NCBI GenBank assembly: GCA_021432655.1
Contig: MU271187.1
Location: forward strand, 124,001-148,506
DNA length: 24,506 bases
From: Atractiella rhizophila
Lineage: Eukaryota
Reading direction: 5' to 3'
The notes beneath the pieces are model-generated. The model was not told the origin of the DNA. It made no database searches and saw only the letters and a program-made list of their open reading frames with translations. The translations under genes were made by a program, and so were the position numbers. Of this stretch, positions 20,147-24,506 are shown one piece after another. How positions within the stretch are numbered: the first letter of the stretch is position 1; the number at the start of each line of letters is the position of its first letter.

Positions 20147-21151
20147 CTAGAGGCGCTTGTCGAAAATAGAGCGTGAGCCGTGGATGGAGACATGGATAAG
20201 GATGGGATGATTCCGAATATAAATTTGGAAAGCTTCTGAACTCCATCTTCCGATCTTTTGTATGGTAGAGTCCGGAATGCCATTTGCAGCAAGGTGCGTG
20301 GCACCTCCCGAACGTAAGGAGTGCCCCGCGACATCACTTGAGAAGTGCATTCGCAGTCGGCGAATAAACCAGGAGCGCGTCGGGACGGAACCGTCCTCTC
20401 GAAGGAAAAGGTCGGGATGATAAGGGTGTGCCAAATCTCGTACTTCGAGGTAATGCTTCAAGATAGTAACCGGGTCAATCTTGTCGCACTCTCTCTTCTG
20501 AAGTAGGCATAGGTTCCCCCTGAACATTCTGTCGCCCTTGTGAGCTGGCAGCATATAAGTTACCATTCTCTCCGTCTCTTTGACCGATGTCCTCTTGATT
20601 CTCTTTCTAAAATCCTTCTTGATCTTCTCATCCGGATCCACTAATTCTCCAGCCCGATGTAGGTTATGCCAACCAATCGACACAATGCATTTAAATAGGA
20701 TGTCGTCGTAGGTGTTGGAGGAAAGAGAGTCAAAGAGGGACAGCAGGTCGGATTCCATCAAGGGACGTTTCCTGTTAGCTGGTGATTGGAAACGTTTGAA
20801 AGTGCCTGCAAGTGTCATTTTCACAAGCCGGGATCGCCTGACGGTGTGCCAATCTGGGAAGTAGGGTTCGATGAAGGAGGCAATACCGGAGAGATAGGAC
20901 TTGATGGTTTGTGGTTTGACGTAATGGGACATGAAAACGATGTAAAACGAGAGGGTGTCGCTGGAAGGGGTGAGTGGGAAGTGATGGAGTTGGCAGAACT
21001 GAATGTATGAGCGCGCAGCGGAGGTGTAAGATTCCTTTGTTGCTGGATCATAAGAGAGAGCCAGGGTTGAGGATCGTTCTTGCAGCAACCGTTCCCTGCT
21101 CCAAGCCTTTCGGTTGGGTTGTTTCCCACCCGAAAGGTTCAACAGGTCCAT
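20147..21151 (-). CDS. Tyrosine recombinase of the retrotransposon, 334 aa
   Basis: Catalytic set present: R (HRAGEL), K (HKGD), HxxR (GHSLRSGGAT), W (GRWSS), Y (IYIR). N-terminal core-binding region T..SY.SA..SYIQFC...TIKSYLSGI. Confidence 0.95.
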   Translation of the reverse strand: MDLLNLSGGKQPNRKAWSRERLLQERSSTLALSYDPATKESYTSAARSYIQFCQLHHFPLTPSSDTLSFYIVFMSHYVKPQTIKSYLSGIASFIEPYFPDWHTVRRSRLVKMTLAGTFKRFQSPANRKRPLMESDLLSLFDSLSSNTYDDILFKCIVSIGWHNLHRAGELVDPDEKIKKDFRKRIKRTSVKETERMVTYMLPAHKGDRMFRGNLCLLQKRECDKIDPVTILKHYLEVRDLAHPYHPDLFLREDGSVPTRSWFIRRLRMHFSSDVAGHSLRSGGATHLAANGIPDSTIQKIGRWSSEAFQIYIRNHPILIHVSIHGSRSIFDKRL

Positions 21152-21153
21152 TG

Positions 21154-24100
21154 TTACTCCTCCTCCCCCCTCAGCTCCTCGGCGGGGGGTTCGAAATAGT
21201 TGATTGTGATAGTAGGGTGGTACGTTCGAACAACTTCTTCGCGATTTCGTGAAAGAGCGTCTGCAATGTAATTTTGTTCACCCGGAACGTGTAGAACCCT
21301 GAGGTCGACCTCTCGGTGTTCCGCTAAGAGGAGAACCACTGTGCGAAACAACTTTGCGAGAGAGAACGGTGGTGAATGAGAAGAGAATAGGTCTACCGAA
21401 TTCATTGAGTCCGTATAAAGAACAATTCGACGGTAACCCGCTGCTATGCCATAGCGTAAGGCATGCAGGACAGAGGCCGACTCTGCCACGAAGATGTCGA
21501 CAGGTTCGGGCAATTGAAATTGACCAATGAAGCCCAGGTTGAGCGAGGGGAACCAGAATCCAATTCCCTTTGGACAAGCGTCGCAGTAGGCAACCAGATC
21601 TGCATCCTTTAGTGGCCAATCCTTGTCCTCAATCCATACGATGCCTTCCGATGCTTCAACGTAGTCTGCAGCCCACTCCAGATCTCTCTTCACCGATTTA
21701 TTGAGGTAAACTGAGGCGGCCCGATGGGTTTTGCCAGCAGTTTTTTGATATGACGATTGCAACGCAAAACGAGCGAGCGGGAAGACGTTAAGGATCCAGT
21801 TGAACCATCCCTGCATCCTCCACCACTCCAGAAGTGGCCTTTTTCTTCCAGGAACTCGCACAAACTCTCGTAGGGCTGCCACGAACTCCTCCTTCTTCTG
21901 AACCGTCAGGGTGAGGAGAAGGTTAGGGGTGTCGACATCAAAACCAATGATTTCGAGTTGTCTCCCATGTAACTGCTTCTTCCAATCGTAAGGGATCCCG
22001 AGACGTTCCCAGAGGGCCAGAAGTTGGGCTTGACGAAGGGGAAGGCGGTAGCCTCGGAAGGTAGTCATCGATTGAACGTGTTGGACCGACCATACATCGT
22101 CCATCAAATGTTGAACCGTTGGGATTTTTAGCACTCGGTTGGCAATCCAGCATACCATGGAGAAAAAGGAACACCATAAGTAGGGGCTACCCGAGCTTCC
22201 GAAAACTGCAAACCAGTCCACATAGTAGAGGTCATCGATGCGGAGGATTTGGAGAAGTTGCCACAGCGGGTGCATGGGCAGGAGACGAAAGGCGGAGGAG
22301 ACGTCAGACTTCCATAACATTAAGTTATCACCTCCCCAGATTCCAGCATAATATCTGATCCAAGGGATGAAATCTTGCATGGAGTCATAGCGCACCTTCA
22401 CCTTTGCCTTGTCGATAAGAGAGTTGAGTGAGTTGTCCCCAAAAGACTGATCTGTAATTATGCGAAAACGATCCGAGTCCTTCTTTGGGATCAATCCGAG
22501 GGGACTGGTCACCATGCCAGGGAGTAGGTTTTCGAAAGGAGGGGACCACCGTTCAGCTTTCACCTCCTCATCTCTCATTTCCCTTAAGGCTTCTCTTCTC
22601 ATTTCGCAACTTCCATGATTTGGCTGCTCATTCCACTGTGAGGGCTTTGTAGTTGCATGGGGCCAGAATCCTTCGCGAAGCCCAGTCAAGACCGACTCGA
22701 CAAAGGGTTGGTTGGGGTGAGAGCGAAGTTGCGAGGCGAAATAATCTACGTTTATAGGCGTCCAGACTTTAAAGAGAGAGGGATACGAGTTAATAGTAGA
22801 CCAAGCTGTCTTGTCATCGAGGAAAATCGGTGGAGGGCGTGGAAGCGGAACGGCTGACTCTGAAGATTCTGAGGAGGGATTCGCCAGACACTCGTCACCA
22901 TTCCAAAGGAAATTCCTAAGATAACGGGGACGAGGAGGGAGTCCTTCCCTACTTCTCCTTGATGACTTTGATCTTGGGACAGCTTGAATCTCCCGATTTA
23001 TGTCCCTTAGCCCCACAGACGGAACATTCATGTTTCCTTCTACACTTCCCATCTTCCAGTCCACATTTTCCTTCATTCCAATTCCTACAGACCTCGTCGA
23101 GCCGCTTGTGAGGTCGATTGGAATTGCTTGAACTACGCTTGCCTGTAGTAGGAGGAGAAGAAGAAGAAGAGGCAGTCGTCGATGTATTCTTGACTCCAGC
23201 AACGATATAGCGAGTATATACACCGTGGAAATGAGGGTGATTGAAATCGCTGATGGTGAGTGCAGGGGTCTGTGCAAGTTTGATTCTGAAGCCAACATCG
23301 TAGGCGAGAACCTGATAATGGTACTCCTTCGGGAGATCGGTGAAGAGGCCAATGATGAACTTGAAATATTCCTGAAGTCCGTCGGCAAGCATTGGAAAGA
23401 CCGTGACAACGCTCTTCGCATATAACGTCCAAGTTGTAATGCAGGCACCGGAGTCCTCCACCTTTTCCTCTGCCATCTTCCCCTCGATGCTAAGCTCGTG
23501 GGACCCGAGCGTGGCCAGCCTTCGCCCCTCGGGAGAGAATCCATGCAAGTAGGCATGCAGCTGAGGGAAGGGAATGTATTCGCCAAGGAGGAGAGAATCG
23601 AGGTGTACTGGCTTGAGGGGAGGGCACACGGCGGAAGATTGAAGGTCGAGTCTAGCAGACTTAACGTCCTTCCTATGGTTCGCCGTGAGCTTGCTGACCT
23701 CCAAAGCCAGGGCAGTAGGATTCGGTCCAAAGGGATTAGAACCTCCCCCATCCTTTCTCCAAGAGAAGAGGGCTCTGTTTGGTTTCCTTCGAGTCCCCTC
23801 CTCATCATCACTGCTCTCAATCTCCTCTCGCCCTCGTTTCGTAGCCTGTGCAAGAGTGTGGAGGAGATCCTGGACGGTCGATGAGGGAGGAACAGTATCA
23901 GGAGCTCCTGCAACACCGCTCGGTCCAGCCCTGGACGTAGATGTAGCGGCGCCCAAGAGGGTACTAAGTATCTGCTGTGAAGCATCTCCAGTACCCTCTC
24001 CTGTTCCATCTCCAACGTTTCCAGCCTCCCGTCTGGCGTCGAACTGATCCAATCCATCCAAGTAAGCCCTTCTAGCTCCCTCATCAGGGATGAGCCCCTG

Positions 24101-24246
24101 CAGCCTTTCCTCGATAGCGGTACGGTCGCTGCCGTCGCCTCTGCCGTAGTTGGACACCAAACCCAAAGCGTCGTAAACAGCACTAAGCTGAGCAGAACGA
24201 GCTTCCACCTGGCCCGAATTCGAGACAGGTGTGGCAGAGGTCTCAT
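21154..24246 (-). CDS. pol: Reverse transcriptase-RNase H (pol); frame open for 1030 aa, conserved part from ~22940
   Basis: RT motifs SPLGLIPKK..RFRIITDQS, KSDVSSAFR, FGSSGSP, LMDD, IIGF. RNase H motifs YCDAC, AES, YTDS, HVPGEQNYIADALSR. The true start is uncertain. Confidence 0.93.
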   Translation of the reverse strand: MRPLPHLSRIRARWKLVLLSLVLFTTLWVWCPTTAEATAATVPLSRKGCRGSSLMRELEGLTWMDWISSTPDGRLETLEMEQERVLEMLHSRYLVPSWAPLHLRPGLDRAVLQELLILFLPHRPSRISSTLLHRLRNEGERRLRAVMMRRGLEGNQTEPSSLGERMGEVLIPLDRILLPWLWRSASSRRTIGRTLSLLDSTFNLPPCALPSSQYTSILSSLANTFPSLSCMPTCMDSLPRGEGWPRSGPTSLASRGRWQRKRWRTPVPALQLGRYMRRALSRSFQCLPTDFRNISSSSLASSPISRRSTIIRFSPTMLASESNLHRPLHSPSAISITLISTVYILAISLLESRIHRRLPLLLLLLLLQASVVQAIPIDLTSGSTRSVGIGMKENVDWKMGSVEGNMNVPSVGLRDINREIQAVPRSKSSRRSREGLPPRPRYLRNFLWNGDECLANPSSESSESAVPLPRPPPIFLDDKTAWSTINSYPSLFKVWTPINVDYFASQLRSHPNQPFVESVLTGLREGFWPHATTKPSQWNEQPNHGSCEMRREALREMRDEEVKAERWSPPFENLLPGMVTSPLGLIPKKDSDRFRIITDQSFGDNSLNSLIDKAKVKVRYDSMQDFIPWIRYYAGIWGGDNLMLWKSDVSSAFRLLPMHPLWQLLQILRIDDLYYVDWFAVFGSSGSPYLWCSFFSMVCWIANRVLKIPTVQHLMDDVWSVQHVQSMTTFRGYRLPLRQAQLLALWERLGIPYDWKKQLHGRQLEIIGFDVDTPNLLLTLTVQKKEEFVAALREFVRVPGRKRPLLEWWRMQGWFNWILNVFPLARFALQSSYQKTAGKTHRAASVYLNKSVKRDLEWAADYVEASEGIVWIEDKDWPLKDADLVAYCDACPKGIGFWFPSLNLGFIGQFQLPEPVDIFVAESASVLHALRYGIAAGYRRIVLYTDSMNSVDLFSSHSPPFSLAKLFRTVVLLLAEHREVDLRVLHVPGEQNYIADALSRNREEVVRTYHPTITINYFEPPAEELRGEEE

Positions 24247-24256
24247 CTTCCAACAT
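22949..24256 (-). CDS. gag: Gag-like ORF1, 435 aa, with C-terminal Cys/His zinc finger
   Basis: First ORF of the element. CRNWNEGKC...C...HECSVC...H cluster and W..Y...V...FP.....L..Y...I...F......VLAYD..FR core, as seen in DIRS-type ORF1. Confidence 0.85.
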   Translation of the reverse strand: MLEDETSATPVSNSGQVEARSAQLSAVYDALGLVSNYGRGDGSDRTAIEERLQGLIPDEGARRAYLDGLDQFDARREAGNVGDGTGEGTGDASQQILSTLLGAATSTSRAGPSGVAGAPDTVPPSSTVQDLLHTLAQATKRGREEIESSDDEEGTRRKPNRALFSWRKDGGGSNPFGPNPTALALEVSKLTANHRKDVKSARLDLQSSAVCPPLKPVHLDSLLLGEYIPFPQLHAYLHGFSPEGRRLATLGSHELSIEGKMAEEKVEDSGACITTWTLYAKSVVTVFPMLADGLQEYFKFIIGLFTDLPKEYHYQVLAYDVGFRIKLAQTPALTISDFNHPHFHGVYTRYIVAGVKNTSTTASSSSSPPTTGKRSSSNSNRPHKRLDEVCRNWNEGKCGLEDGKCRRKHECSVCGAKGHKSGDSSCPKIKVIKEK

Positions 24257-24411
24257 GCACGGTCAACGGTGGAGCGGGAAGATTATAGGCGAAATGCGGA
24301 GGGTTAGGAAGAGGGCTAGGTTGTCGAGTGGTGAGAGATTAACGTTGTTGAGGGAGAGGAGTCGGCAATCAGGCAATGAAACAATGATTCGATAGATGGA
24401 CGTAGTTCTAT

Positions 24412-24506
24412 CAGCGAAAAATTGCTGTCAGTATCCCAACGACGACGTTGGACGTTTGCGAGCAGCTGCCTACCTATTAGTGAGAATGGTGCTGTCAGAA
24501 TCCCAC
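24412..24506 (-). repeat. Terminal repeat A1 (partial, runs off window)
   Basis: Upstream of gag, with an exact mirror copy at 15855-15949. Confidence 0.8.

Larger units (their letters stand above)
20008..24506 (-). mobile_element. Ngaro-like (DIRS order) tyrosine-recombinase retrotransposon; 5' end outside window, 3' repeats inside the mirror block
   Basis: gag, RT/RNaseH and YR in order, no DDE integrase or protease seen, no methyltransferase ORF seen, and split direct repeats. Confidence 0.93.

Noticed and set aside
20147..21151. Prophage integrase or Crypton DNA transposon
   Set aside because: It is directly linked to gag and RT-RNaseH ORFs and split repeats, which defines a YR retrotransposon.

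Overview
This is fungal genomic DNA, basidiomycete-like (short 50-85 nt introns with CTRAC-type branch points). Positions 1-15465 hold host genes: an intronless F-box protein with an N-terminal Copia-gag-like segment (minus strand, runs off the window, absent from the ORF track), a minisatellite-containing NADAR-like protein, a ~2.3 kb tandem duplication carrying two intact TRM9 genes, PET100, a WSS1-like WLM protease, two unknown genes, and a membrane-anchored gene cut by a 25-N gap. Positions 20008-24506 hold a Ngaro/DIRS-type tyrosine-recombinase retrotransposon (gag, RT-RNaseH, YR; all minus strand and intact). The ~4.5 kb block after the gap (15491-~20007) is a mirror image (reversed but NOT complemented) of other parts of the window, most likely an assembly or gap-filling orientation error. 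Read backwards, it gives a third, non-duplicated version of the NADAR-TRM9-PET100 locus with the retrotransposon's 3' split repeats in the PET100 promoter. This restores an A1-ORFs-B1-A2-B2 architecture and identifies the empty target site at ~9093. All comparisons were made by eye; no database searches were run.
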